From a virus, in the IMG/VR virus record IMGVR_UViG_3300045988_037879, positions 1-52,599 of that record: 52,599 nucleotides of DNA. The stretch is one strand, 5' to 3'. Shown piece after piece: positions 25,566 to 35,041 of the stretch. Numbering within the stretch: the first letter of the stretch is position 1; each line of letters opens with the position of its first letter. Position numbers and translations under genes: made by a program. The notes below the pieces were generated by a model. The model made no database searches. It was not told the DNA's origin and was given only the letters and a program-made list of their open reading frames with translations.

Positions 25566-25819
25566 CAAAAGAAGAATATCTTTCAAAGGTTGCAAGCGTA
25601 AGGCGTGAAATGTGCGAACAAATCATTGCCATCACGTCCGAATACATCAGGGAAAGCCCCGGAAAGGTCGATGAACTTGATGCCGACGGAATCCGCTTGA
25701 TGCGCAAAGATTCATACGTCAATCATAGCAAATGGAACTTTGTCAAACCTATCAAGGGCGGTAAAGAATTGACCTTGTTTTTCTCCGCGATTCTTGAAGC
25801 GACGTTCCCCAATGCTTGA
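25562..25819 (+). CDS. Hypothetical protein (85 aa)
   Basis: Start taken at MTKEEYLSKV, with an ATGA overlap at 25562-25565. Confidence 0.45.
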   Translation: MTKEEYLSKVASVRREMCEQIIAITSEYIRESPGKVDELDADGIRLMRKDSYVNHSKWNFVKPIKGGKELTLFFSAILEATFPNA

Positions 25820-26399
25820 ATCTATGAAAAAATCATGTGATTGCAAATGGCATTCTTCCATCTGTGATTGCGGACGACCCGGAACAAACCAAGTTTGCTT
25901 GCTTGATTATGGATGCCCGTGCGCTGATTTCACACTTGAAGTTCCGACCATCGGTGTTTATTCAGGATTCGATGGAAAAGAAGTTAAGCGATACAGCAAA
26001 CGCATTGCAATGATGCTTGAAAAGCTGAAATCATCCACCGACTTGACCAATAAAATCATTGAAAAGGCTTGGAATGATACGCTTGAATACCTAAAAAGCG
26101 ATGAATTTGCGGCAAGAATTAACTATCTTTGCGTAATCAACCACATCAGGCGAATAAACAACATTCAAATTGAAAGTGACATGAAGAATGAACAAGTCGT
26201 TCACGTCTGCTTGGGCGATGATAGACACTATTATTTCGGGTCAGTCGCCGCCATCTTCGACCGCTTCACGCCTGATGAATTGGGTGTGTCGCTGACAACC
26301 TTGTGGAATTACGGGCTTGCGCCTGACCGACCTTATAAGAATAACCGTTGCGCCATCTACCGGGGCAACATAGACCGAAAGAAGCATGGCAAACAATGA
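25812..26399 (+). CDS. Hypothetical Cys-rich N-terminus protein (about 195 aa)
   Basis: Start at 25812 or 25824. The N-terminus contains CDCKWHSSICDCG. Confidence 0.5.
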   Translation: MLESMKKSCDCKWHSSICDCGRPGTNQVCLLDYGCPCADFTLEVPTIGVYSGFDGKEVKRYSKRIAMMLEKLKSSTDLTNKIIEKAWNDTLEYLKSDEFAARINYLCVINHIRRINNIQIESDMKNEQVVHVCLGDDRHYYFGSVAAIFDRFTPDELGVSLTTLWNYGLAPDRPYKNNRCAIYRGNIDRKKHGKQ

Positions 26400-26604
26400 A
26401 TTTATTTTCTACAAAGAAAATGACACTGATTCAATTTGGTGGATTCAACAACCGGGCGTAATCGGCGAAAGATTATTCACATTTGACAAGAAGCAAATAT
26501 TTAACCTTTTCGCCGATTATCCCCACAAGTTGAGCAAGAAGCAAAAAGCAATCTTTGACAAAGAAAACCCGTATTGGGCGGACTTCTTCAAAGATAGAAA
26601 ATGA
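26386..26604 (+). CDS. Hypothetical protein (72 aa)
   Basis: Last ORF of the plus-strand block. Its stop lies 3 nt from the convergent MuF stop. Confidence 0.45.
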   Translation: MANNEFIFYKENDTDSIWWIQQPGVIGERLFTFDKKQIFNLFADYPHKLSKKQKAIFDKENPYWADFFKDRK

Positions 26605-26607
26605 CAA

Positions 26608-29181
26608 TTATTTTGTCGTTCCCTTGCTTCCTTTCTTTTGTTCTGATTCTGCGGTGTTGATATAACCCATAATCTTCTTAAATCCTGAATTGCCTTTGAA
26701 AAGGCTTAATTCGATAAGACAATCTTGCATCGAAAGGGTGAAACCACCACGGGTGCAAGATTTTTTTGCGCCAAAACGACACTTCAAAACGGTATCATTA
26801 AGGGGCTTCCAACCATTACTTGTCGCGGACTGCAATTCAAGAAATTCAAGCCCGGTTGCGGTTCTCCTGACAACTGCGGCGTGTTGTCCGCAAGTGAAAT
26901 AGTATTCTTTGCCAATTTCAACCATTTTAAGCAACTTATGGGCAACGGTGAAGTTGTTTTTGCTTTCCTCGACAACGCCGCCAAGTTTCCTTGCGATTTC
27001 GGCAATGTTTCCCGTCCGGCTGAAAAATCTGCGACTTTCGCCATCACGAAAATCAAGAACATCAAGCCCGATGCGATTTGCGCAATATGTGAATGCAAGA
27101 GATGAACAAGACCCTTTCGTTAAGTCACCACCGCCGACACGCCCAATGATTTCGGTTTCGGTAAGTGTTTTGGGCAACTCGGAAACGGCATTATAATTGA
27201 CCTTAAAGGATTTTGAAAGGTGTTCTTCCATTTTGGAAAAATCTTCATCCTTTGGCTTGTTCTTCTTTGCTTCTTCAACCTTTGCTTGCAAATTGGTGAA
27301 TGCCGCATCTCTATCACGTTTGAAATTCGCCCACGAATAAGCCCGGTCGCCCCCACGCAAATAAAAGACTTGCTTTCGCAATTCCGTGCTGTCAACACCC
27401 AATGCGTCGGCTTCTTTTATCAAGACTTCGGCATCAGTAATGAATTTGTCTGCCTTTTTAGTTGCGGAATATACGCGACCATCCAAGCGATACATTTCAT
27501 CTTGCATCTTATCAAATATCGTATCATTATCAATATCAGCAAGGAAAGAATCAAGCAAATTGCGTAAGGTGGTTGTTTTGACACCCCATTCATCTGCGGT
27601 CTTAATCGAATCACGGACTTGCGCGACAACCCCTTTTTTGTAAACGCTTAATCTTGCTTCCGGCGATGCCTTATATTGACGCAACTTGTCCTTTGCCTTT
27701 TCAAGTTCCGATTTATAGAATAAAGACCCGTCCGCCCACATCGACTTGTCCGCAGAAAGATTGGTCATGTATTGTGTGAGTTCGGCGACAACATCCGGCA
27801 ACACACCGACCCCGGCGGCGTTGATGTCTTTAATCAGTTGGGCGGCATCCTTAAAGAATGCCGACAATTCGGTGGTGTACTTCGTACCCTCGGACGTGAT
27901 CAGCGAAATGAATTTGTTGATGTCCTTGACATCCTTTGCCGCCACCGCCGCGTCAAGACCTTTCAACCGAAGTTCAAGCCCCCATTCTTCGGCAATCTTT
28001 CGTGCTGCTTCGACCGACGGCATCAGTGCGTCAAGTTGTGCTTGCACGGGGTCAACTTCGGGTTCAGGCAATGCGATTTTCAACCCCTTTGCCAAGTCGC
28101 CGTCAACAAAGTTGTCTTTTATGAAATACGGGGTCGATGCCCAGCCCGCCGACGCTTCCATATTTTCGGCGACCCATTCTTTGAACCCGTCCGGCACATC
28201 GGCAACAAGATTCTTTGCTTGCTTCTTCTTGTACTCCGTGCCGCGCAAAGCTGCTTTGAGGTCGCCCAATTCATTTTCATCAAAGGTTTCTTCATCCATA
28301 AGGATTGGCACGGCGTAACACATACATTGCGGATGCCACCCTTTGAACTTGAACGTCTTGGGATAGCGACCTTGCAAGCGGTCACACATCTTGCATTTGC
28401 AAAGGGGTTCATGGTTGCTTCGGTGAATCTCAAAGCCGACAACGAAATCAAGTTGTTGCCACCGCAAAAAGTCGCTTTCCCGGTAAGCCATATTGATTTC
28501 GGAACGTGTCAGGCGTTGGGCATTCTTCACGCTCGACCGATAGACACCTTGCCCCGGATGAAATGCCCGCGCCGCTTTCGACAACACAAGGTTGCCCCGC
28601 TTGTCGCGCACACGGCGAAACAAGCGGTCAGGGTCGCGCAAGTTCTTCTTGACATCGCGGGCAAGTTCTTGTGCGCTGCGCCCCTCTCCAAGTCCGACAT
28701 CAAGGGCGGTTTCTAATTGGTCACGGTATTGCCCGACATAACGCCACACACGTTGCGACAAGTCCATGCCGCCGACCTTGCGCCCCTGAAAGGTGCTTAA
28801 AGCGTCCAAATTGCGGTCTTGCATCTTCTTCAACCGCGCCTTTGACAACTTCGACGTGTCCATGATTGACGCAATGAACCCGTCGTTCTTGTCGCAAGCG
28901 AACAACCATTGATTCTTCGACCCTGATTCAATCGTGGTTTGAAGCTGCGATGCAAGTTGCCCAACAATCTTTTTCAATTCGGCTTTCACTTCGGGGTAAT
29001 CATCGAAAGAAAAGGGCTTGTCGGGGTCAATCTTGCGCCGGGCGGCTGATTTTGCCATCGCAAGGGTCGCACGGTCAAACAAGGCTTGCACCGCCGCCGC
29101 ATATTGCTCGGTGGTGCGATAATGGTTCAAGTCGAATCCCTGAATCGAAAGCCGGGTTGTTTTTTGACGCTTCTTTGCCAT
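26608..29181 (-). CDS. Minor head / head-morphogenesis protein (SPP1 gp7 / Mu F-like N-terminus) with a long C-terminal extension ending in a Cys-His domain
   Basis: Its position follows the portal. The N-terminal ~330 aa carry RSEINMAYRESDF and the Cys cluster CKCKMCDRL...HPQCMCY. The C-terminus has GSCSSLAF and CGQHAAVV. Confidence 0.7.
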   Translation of the reverse strand: MAKKRQKTTRLSIQGFDLNHYRTTEQYAAAVQALFDRATLAMAKSAARRKIDPDKPFSFDDYPEVKAELKKIVGQLASQLQTTIESGSKNQWLFACDKNDGFIASIMDTSKLSKARLKKMQDRNLDALSTFQGRKVGGMDLSQRVWRYVGQYRDQLETALDVGLGEGRSAQELARDVKKNLRDPDRLFRRVRDKRGNLVLSKAARAFHPGQGVYRSSVKNAQRLTRSEINMAYRESDFLRWQQLDFVVGFEIHRSNHEPLCKCKMCDRLQGRYPKTFKFKGWHPQCMCYAVPILMDEETFDENELGDLKAALRGTEYKKKQAKNLVADVPDGFKEWVAENMEASAGWASTPYFIKDNFVDGDLAKGLKIALPEPEVDPVQAQLDALMPSVEAARKIAEEWGLELRLKGLDAAVAAKDVKDINKFISLITSEGTKYTTELSAFFKDAAQLIKDINAAGVGVLPDVVAELTQYMTNLSADKSMWADGSLFYKSELEKAKDKLRQYKASPEARLSVYKKGVVAQVRDSIKTADEWGVKTTTLRNLLDSFLADIDNDTIFDKMQDEMYRLDGRVYSATKKADKFITDAEVLIKEADALGVDSTELRKQVFYLRGGDRAYSWANFKRDRDAAFTNLQAKVEEAKKNKPKDEDFSKMEEHLSKSFKVNYNAVSELPKTLTETEIIGRVGGGDLTKGSCSSLAFTYCANRIGLDVLDFRDGESRRFFSRTGNIAEIARKLGGVVEESKNNFTVAHKLLKMVEIGKEYYFTCGQHAAVVRRTATGLEFLELQSATSNGWKPLNDTVLKCRFGAKKSCTRGGFTLSMQDCLIELSLFKGNSGFKKIMGYINTAESEQKKGSKGTTK

Positions 29182-29333
29182 TAGTCGTTATTGTTCTTTG
29201 TCCGGGGTTTGACGGTGATAAAATCAAGACTTGCGCGGCTATATATCTGCGCAATATCGACGCGACCATAAATGCCGCGTGATATTCTTTTGACTTCAAT
29301 TATTTCACCCGTTGTTTTTACTCTTGCTTTCAT
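29181..29333 (-). CDS. Small protein (50 aa), below the ORF-track cutoff
   Basis: MKARVKTTGEIIEVKRISRGIYGRVDIAQIYSRASLDFITVKPRTKNNND. Its stop overlaps the MuF start (TAATG). Confidence 0.4.
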   Translation of the reverse strand: MKARVKTTGEIIEVKRISRGIYGRVDIAQIYSRASLDFITVKPRTKNNND

Positions 29334-29336
29334 TGA

Positions 29337-29513
29337 TTATCGTTTTTTGAAGTGTTCGCAATAGTCATATTTCAGGAACTTGCACCATTTTTGGAACTTG
29401 CAGTTGCAAAAGATGGGTTGCCCGTCCGCCCCGATGTTGTGCCAATTCTCGGAATGCGCACAATCCTTGCAAGTATATTCCGGGCGGTCGGGTTTAGTCG
29501 CTTTCTTTGCCAT
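29337..29513 (-). CDS. Small Cys-rich zinc-finger-like protein (58 aa), below the ORF-track cutoff
   Basis: MAKKATKPDRPEYTCKDCAHSENWHNIGADGQPIFCNCKFQKWCKFLKYDYCEHFKKR. It fills an otherwise empty gap. Confidence 0.45.
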   Translation of the reverse strand: MAKKATKPDRPEYTCKDCAHSENWHNIGADGQPIFCNCKFQKWCKFLKYDYCEHFKKR

Positions 29514-29787
29514 ATCTCAATCGGATTGTTTCACCCTTGACGGCGGATTCAAAGGTGGGTTTGTCAACGTGAACGGGGCGCACGGCGGTTGAATCCGCGA
29601 CATATAGAATCCACATTTCGGGAATTGTGCGGATGCGCGTTGTCTGCGTCACGGCATCGCGGGTGGTGCAATGCCGGACGGGGATGTGCTTCTTTCCGAC
29701 TACATAGCCGGACACGGTGTTGCCATCGCCGCATGATGCCACAATCAGCATCAGGGCGACGGCAAGAATTGATAAAAGCCTTTTCAT
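29494..29787 (-). CDS. Small lipoprotein (97 aa)
   Basis: Signal plus lipobox MKRLLSILAVALMLIVASC. Confidence 0.6.
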   Translation of the reverse strand: MKRLLSILAVALMLIVASCGDGNTVSGYVVGKKHIPVRHCTTRDAVTQTTRIRTIPEMWILYVADSTAVRPVHVDKPTFESAVKGETIRLRYGKESD

Positions 29788-29810
29788 TGTCGATTCGGTT
29801 TTTGAAAATG

Positions 29811-31271
29811 TTATGCGTCAATGATTGGTTCGCCGACCATGAACGAATTTTCGGCGGTGGTTTGCTCCTTGATTTTCTGCATGGTCGCCACGGGGTCGCC
29901 TGACAATCCCGCCTTTTCCACGGATTCTTCTTGCGAAATGACCGCTTTTCCGCCGTTGGCGGTAAGCCAATAATTCAAATCGTCGATTTCGCTTGTCAGG
30001 ATGTAAGGCGTTATTTCGGGTTCAACGTCCATTTCATCGCAAGCATCGGCAAGGGCGGTGTTGAATTGTCCGATGTATGCAAGAAGCACGTTGGCGCGGC
30101 GTTGTAGGTAATCATCGAATATTTCGCGTTTGTCCTGAACTTTCAAGTGCGCGTCCATGAATAGCAATTTCAGGGCAAGCCCGGAAATCGCGCCCAGCCC
30201 CTTGACCGAATCAAAGGAAATGTCGGGGGTCTGCGTAATGGTGTATATCAGGCGCAAAAGGGTTTCGATTTCCAACTTGACCGCTTCGGGTGCGTTTGCC
30301 CACGACACATATTGCATCGTTGCGCCCGGTTCGCCCTCGATAACCGCGCCGGATTCGCCCTTTTTCGCCCATCCGTTGATTGTTCCCGTGACAAAGATTT
30401 TCGGGCTTGCGTGATAGTCGTTGGTGTCGGCAAAGTTCGACAAAAGGGTTTCCAAGCGGTCAATCAGCTTGTCCACGTCCTCGGTTTCAAACTTATCCTG
30501 ATACCCGTAAACGATGGGAATTTTGCCGATGGCAACGGGCTTCGGGAATCCCTCGACAAGTTCCGCCCCGATGCCGCCGTTGGTGCGCCAAAGCCAATGT
30601 TCTTCATCGGTGAATGTTTCAAAGTAATCAGTTGAAACACCCTTGTTGTCCTTGTGGCTGTAAGCACGGGAAAACGCCACCATATCGCCGGAATCGTCGA
30701 AGTAAGGGTAAAGCGTATCACCAAAGGCGGGCGACAAGATGGTGCAACGCAATTTGAACTTGCTTTTGAACCCATATTTGCCGTGTTCCTTTGGTACGGA
30801 ATACCAATATTCGGCACATTCCTTGAAGCCGAAAATGGCACGACCGATTTTGCGGTTCATTGAATTGCTCTTAACATCTTTCAAGATGCGTTTCAGGGCG
30901 AAAAGGACCGCTTTTTCTTGGTCGTTGGCGGGGGTTGCGTTATACTCGACCGGGTTGCCGAAACAAAACGACACGGCGCGTTTGATAATCAGCTTTTGAA
31001 GCGCAACGGCGATGCGGGCGACCTTTTCCGTGCGTGTGGCGACCGCTTCACCGTCGGCGGTGATAACTTTCTTTGCTGAATCACTTTCGGCATCTACATC
31101 GACGCGCACTTGCTTGTCCTTGCGCTTGATGGGGTCGTTGATGTCGTGCAACTTCGGGTCAAGTGCCTTTTTCGCTTGTTCGGCATCCGGGATGGGATGA
31201 TTGCGCCCCGACTGCAAAAGGCTGATTTGGTCGGTCGGGTTGTCCGAAATGATGATGTCTTTTAACTTCAT
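29811..31271 (-). CDS. Portal protein
   Basis: 486-aa ORF immediately downstream of TerL, called on size and synteny. Confidence 0.8.
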   Translation of the reverse strand: MKLKDIIISDNPTDQISLLQSGRNHPIPDAEQAKKALDPKLHDINDPIKRKDKQVRVDVDAESDSAKKVITADGEAVATRTEKVARIAVALQKLIIKRAVSFCFGNPVEYNATPANDQEKAVLFALKRILKDVKSNSMNRKIGRAIFGFKECAEYWYSVPKEHGKYGFKSKFKLRCTILSPAFGDTLYPYFDDSGDMVAFSRAYSHKDNKGVSTDYFETFTDEEHWLWRTNGGIGAELVEGFPKPVAIGKIPIVYGYQDKFETEDVDKLIDRLETLLSNFADTNDYHASPKIFVTGTINGWAKKGESGAVIEGEPGATMQYVSWANAPEAVKLEIETLLRLIYTITQTPDISFDSVKGLGAISGLALKLLFMDAHLKVQDKREIFDDYLQRRANVLLAYIGQFNTALADACDEMDVEPEITPYILTSEIDDLNYWLTANGGKAVISQEESVEKAGLSGDPVATMQKIKEQTTAENSFMVGEPIIDA

Positions 31272-31280
31272 TTGTTCACT

Positions 31281-31301
31281 TGTGTTTTATAGTGATACAC
31301 A
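31281..31301. promoter_or_regulatory. Dispersed intergenic palindrome, copy 6
   Basis: TGTGTTTTATAGTGATACACA. It fills the TerL-portal gap. Confidence 0.5.
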
Positions 31302-32768
31302 TTAGCGACCAAAAAGGGATGCAACCCCCGATTTGGCGCGTTTTCTTCTTTTCTCGATTGTTCCCGTCAATGCGTCGGGCGCATCGTCGTGTTCGTTTTG
31401 TCCGGCTTTCAAGTAACCACAAATCGCCTTTGCAAATTCAGGGAATCGGCGTTTCCACCCAAAGGGCATGAATGTGAGGTTCTGAACCATCGCCGAATGC
31501 TCATAAATGCGGATGTCCTTGTTCTCGGTTTGATGAAAGGCGATGAAGCGTGTTTTGGCATTACCCATCAATCGACATTGCTTTTCAACATTGTTCTTGA
31601 AAAGGCGACCGCCGTTGTTGGCTTCAATCACACATTCGACAACCCCGTGTTTGGTCAGCATCTTTGCAAGGGCGGGTTCGGTATATTCGACCGGGCGGGT
31701 GGTGTAAAGCACATCGACAACATAATTGCCGTGTTCGGTTTCATCATAGATGATGCCGCACAAGAAGTCCTTGCCCGTGTCCGCCACGTCAACATAAGCC
31801 TTGCGGATGCAATATTGCGTCGCCGGGCGAATCTCATATTCCACGAATCCGGCTTCATACATAAGACCCTCGCGGGGTTGCGGGTTCTGCTGATAGAGTG
31901 AATCGAACACTTGCGGATTGCGCTTGCGTGTGGCAAGCAACTTTTCACGCGAATGCCGTTCTTCCCAAAGGGCTTCACCCTCTTGCCGGGGGTCATATTC
32001 GGTCGGTGCGCCCTCTTTGATTGCCTGATAAACGACCACCACCCAACCGTCGGGATTCTCCACGGGGTCATAAACCCCTTGTTCCCTCAATAACTTGCCC
32101 GCCAAATCATCTTCATGCCAACGGGTAAAGACAATCAGTTGTTGGGAATCGTTATGAAGTCGGGTTTCCGCCACGGTGTCATACCAATCGGACACGGATT
32201 CACGCACAATCGGCGACCATGCCGTTTTCGCGTCCTTGTAAATATCATCCATAATCAGGATGTCAACGGGTTCACCCGTCAATGCGCCGCCGACACCAAC
32301 AGTCTTGAAGCCCCCGCGATGCCCGACAATTTCGCATTCATCGGCATTGCGTAACCACGACCCTGCAATGGTCGTGACGTTGGATGCGTTCAAGCACGTT
32401 TCGGGGAAAATTGCGTGATATTCCGGGGAATCAATGATGCGTTGAATCTCTCGGTTGAATTTACGGGCTTTCGGCGCATTGTAGGAAACAATCGCCAATC
32501 GGTGTTCAGGACACAAGCCCAAAAGGAACGACGGCAAACGGCGGGTTGAACCCTCGGACTTGCCGTGCTGCGGGGGCATAAAGACCATAAGTTTCTTGAT
32601 TTCCCCGTGTGCAAAGGATGTCAGCACCGAATAATAACGGCGGTGAAAGTCCGCCGGGCGAAAGGTCGGCATCGTGGCAAGGGTGAAACGCAACAAATCG
32701 GAACGACTTTCACGCAAAAGCCGTTCTTGCATTGCCTTGATATATTGCACCATGTCCGACCGCTTCAT
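31302..32768 (-). CDS. terL: Terminase large subunit
   Basis: Walker A-like MPPQHGKSEGST, Walker B ILIMDDIY, and a C-terminal nuclease region. It follows TerS with a 1-nt overlap. Confidence 0.9.
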   Translation of the reverse strand: MKRSDMVQYIKAMQERLLRESRSDLLRFTLATMPTFRPADFHRRYYSVLTSFAHGEIKKLMVFMPPQHGKSEGSTRRLPSFLLGLCPEHRLAIVSYNAPKARKFNREIQRIIDSPEYHAIFPETCLNASNVTTIAGSWLRNADECEIVGHRGGFKTVGVGGALTGEPVDILIMDDIYKDAKTAWSPIVRESVSDWYDTVAETRLHNDSQQLIVFTRWHEDDLAGKLLREQGVYDPVENPDGWVVVVYQAIKEGAPTEYDPRQEGEALWEERHSREKLLATRKRNPQVFDSLYQQNPQPREGLMYEAGFVEYEIRPATQYCIRKAYVDVADTGKDFLCGIIYDETEHGNYVVDVLYTTRPVEYTEPALAKMLTKHGVVECVIEANNGGRLFKNNVEKQCRLMGNAKTRFIAFHQTENKDIRIYEHSAMVQNLTFMPFGWKRRFPEFAKAICGYLKAGQNEHDDAPDALTGTIEKRRKRAKSGVASLFGR

Positions 32769-33277
32769 CAGGAATCCAATTTGCGGTGTAAATCCTCAAT
32801 CATCGCCGCCAATTCTTCATCGGTCTTTTTGGCGAATAGGTCTTGTCCGTCTTTGCCCGTCACTTCGGTTGACTGACGGTTGCGCCAATGCTCCGGGTCG
32901 CCGTTAGTAAGCATGAAAATAATCGCGGCGGTGTCCGGCTGAATGTGCTTCTTGATGGTCGTTTGCTCCTTGATGCGCGGCTTTTCTTTGCCGTCTTGGG
33001 TCTTTTGATTGCTCGGAACGGTCACAACCTTTGTTTCCGTCACGTCGTAACCCTGAATCTTTTTTCGCAATGACTTCTTGGCTTCAATGACCATTGATTG
33101 CATCAGTTCTTCGCGGGCTTCCTCGACGGCAAGGGCAAAATCTTCACGGGTGTTGACCCATTCGTGATAAGTTTGCGTTGAAATCCCGACTTGACGGCAA
33201 ATTTCGGCAATGGTATAGGTGTCCGACTTCAAAAGCCCGACAATCTTTGCAACCATCTTTTTGCTATACTTTGCCAT
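32768..33277 (-). CDS. terS: Terminase small subunit (HTH)
   Basis: N-terminal HTH TIAEICRQVGISTQTYHEWV. The gene is directly upstream of TerL. Confidence 0.75.
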   Translation of the reverse strand: MAKYSKKMVAKIVGLLKSDTYTIAEICRQVGISTQTYHEWVNTREDFALAVEEAREELMQSMVIEAKKSLRKKIQGYDVTETKVVTVPSNQKTQDGKEKPRIKEQTTIKKHIQPDTAAIIFMLTNGDPEHWRNRQSTEVTGKDGQDLFAKKTDEELAAMIEDLHRKLDS

Positions 33278-33320
33278 TTTGATTCTTTTTTAGTTGGAAA
33301 AAGTAAGATTCATCAGGTTT

Positions 33321-33869
33321 TCACTCTTTCAACTCGCATTCAAAGCCCCGGTCTTGCAGTTCCGAAAACAACATTGACAACTTGGTTACGTCCTTGCATT
33401 CGACAATCAGGCGGGTGGAAATCTCCTTTTTTTCGGGTTCTTCTCCCTCTCCCTCGGCATCATCATCTATGGACACACCCCAATCCGCCGGGTCAAAGTC
33501 ATAGGCGGCGGCAGCTTCCGCGATTGCTTCTTCATCCCATTCAAGGTTTGCTTTCGATGTCGCATTGTCGGCAAGGGCAAGTTCGCGTCCGGCTCTTGAA
33601 TCCAAATCAATATCGGTGCGCTTAACGGCGACAAGTGTTTTGCCGTCGGTTTCCACAATCAAGACATCTTCAAAACCCAATTCCCCGGCTTTCTCGGTTG
33701 TCTTGTTTCCGGCGATGATGCGGTTGTTGCGGTCAACAAGGATTGAGCGACCCAACCCGAATTGACGCAAGGATTCATCCATCAGGTGGTCGCCATATTG
33801 CGTTCCCTTGTTGAAGTTGTGATTGTCACCCACAAGGTCGGTGATTCTCGCTTTCGATGTCTTTGCCAT
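33321..33869 (-). CDS. ParB-like nuclease domain protein
   Basis: ParB N-terminal-type pattern ...LGRSILVDRNNRIIAGNKTTEKA... with an acidic C-terminus. Confidence 0.65.
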   Translation of the reverse strand: MAKTSKARITDLVGDNHNFNKGTQYGDHLMDESLRQFGLGRSILVDRNNRIIAGNKTTEKAGELGFEDVLIVETDGKTLVAVKRTDIDLDSRAGRELALADNATSKANLEWDEEAIAEAAAAYDFDPADWGVSIDDDAEGEGEEPEKKEISTRLIVECKDVTKLSMLFSELQDRGFECELKE

Positions 33870-33870
33870 G

Positions 33871-34425
33871 TCACCACACGATTGAATGAAGCACGAATGC
33901 CGGAATCAGGGCGACAACCGCGCCAAATGAAGTAAACACAAAGTCCATAAGTTCGACCGTGCCGTGACCTTTTGAATCCCACCATTCCTTGATTGCCCCG
34001 GCGACACATCCGGCGAACAACCCAAGAAGCGGCAATAAAAAGCCGACAACAAGTGAAATGATGAACCCGCAAGCGAAATGAATGCGCTTGTCACGCTCTT
34101 TGGCGGCTTCTCTGACCTCTTTTGCGATGTCTTTGGTGTTATCCCATACATCTTCAAGCCAAAGGCGCACACGGGCGAAAAATGGGGGAATAACAAAGGG
34201 CGTTTCCCCGGTCAGGTAAACGGGCGGTTGCGAATATCCGGCGTTGACACCCAACCACACCTTGCCCGCGAACAAGATGCGGACACGTTCTTTGAAAGTC
34301 GGTCGCCAGCACGACACACATTGTTTGCCGTCACTCCAAACGGGTAAGGGCTTGCAATCCGCGTCGAACATATTTTCCGGCTTTTGCAGTACCTTTGTGG
34401 ACTGCGGAAAGTCAATCGGTTTCAT
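33871..34425 (-). CDS. Hypothetical membrane protein
   Basis: Start taken at MKPIDFPQ (34425). The C-terminal half is strongly hydrophobic. Confidence 0.5.
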   Translation of the reverse strand: MKPIDFPQSTKVLQKPENMFDADCKPLPVWSDGKQCVSCWRPTFKERVRILFAGKVWLGVNAGYSQPPVYLTGETPFVIPPFFARVRLWLEDVWDNTKDIAKEVREAAKERDKRIHFACGFIISLVVGFLLPLLGLFAGCVAGAIKEWWDSKGHGTVELMDFVFTSFGAVVALIPAFVLHSIVW

Positions 34426-34467
34426 ATCTGCGATTTTGATTGGTGAAAAATTATGTGCAAAAATAAA

Positions 34468-34490
34468 GCGTGTATCACTATGAAACACGC
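34468..34490. promoter_or_regulatory. Dispersed intergenic palindrome, copy 7 (variant)
   Basis: GCGTGTATCACTATGAAACACGC, about 43 nt upstream of the ATG at 34425. Confidence 0.45.
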
Positions 34491-34519
34491 TTTATCAAAA
34501 AAAGAAGTAAAAAAGTTAT

Positions 34520-35041
34520 TCAACCCTTGCGGGGATTCAGGCGAATGGGAAAGTCGGCGAATGCCCACGCAAGCAAGGCGGCATCGCGCATTTCCTGATT
34601 GGTGCGGGTCTTATCGACCGGGCAAAACTGCGTCAATTCTTCGTGGGTAATCTTGCGGTCTTTACCTGACCAACACTTGCGCAAGGGGATATGCTCGACA
34701 ACGGGGATGCCGTGAACCTTACACATTTCGACAATCAGCATTCCGACTTGATGATTGCGCCCCACGTCGTAACCCTTTGCGGCGGCACGATTGCGGCGGT
34801 CAAACTTGTTGACGTGCCAATTCGCCTGAATCATCCAAGACGCTTCGACAACGACAACCATTGACACATCAAGATTCCGGGCGCGGTCGGCAAGGGCGGT
34901 CAAGTATGCTTGAAGCTGAAAGAAGTTCAACGCATCAAGGGTCGTGACCTTGCGTTCATCACATTTCAAGACGGCGTAACCGCTTTTGTCAACGTCCGGG
35001 TCGATGCCCACGATGATGTCAACTTTCGGGTGCATCAGCAT
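34520..35041 (-). CDS. RuvC-like Holliday junction resolvase
   Basis: VGIDPDVDKSGYAV, VVVVEASW and a C-terminal RDAALLA acidic motif arrangement. Confidence 0.7.
   Translation of the reverse strand: MLMHPKVDIIVGIDPDVDKSGYAVLKCDERKVTTLDALNFFQLQAYLTALADRARNLDVSMVVVVEASWMIQANWHVNKFDRRNRAAAKGYDVGRNHQVGMLIVEMCKVHGIPVVEHIPLRKCWSGKDRKITHEELTQFCPVDKTRTNQEMRDAALLAWAFADFPIRLNPRKG

Noticed and set aside
29075-29299. 74-aa ORF overlapping the MuF start
   Set aside because: It overlaps the MuF 5' end and conflicts with a better, translationally coupled 50-aa ORF (29181-29333) in another frame.
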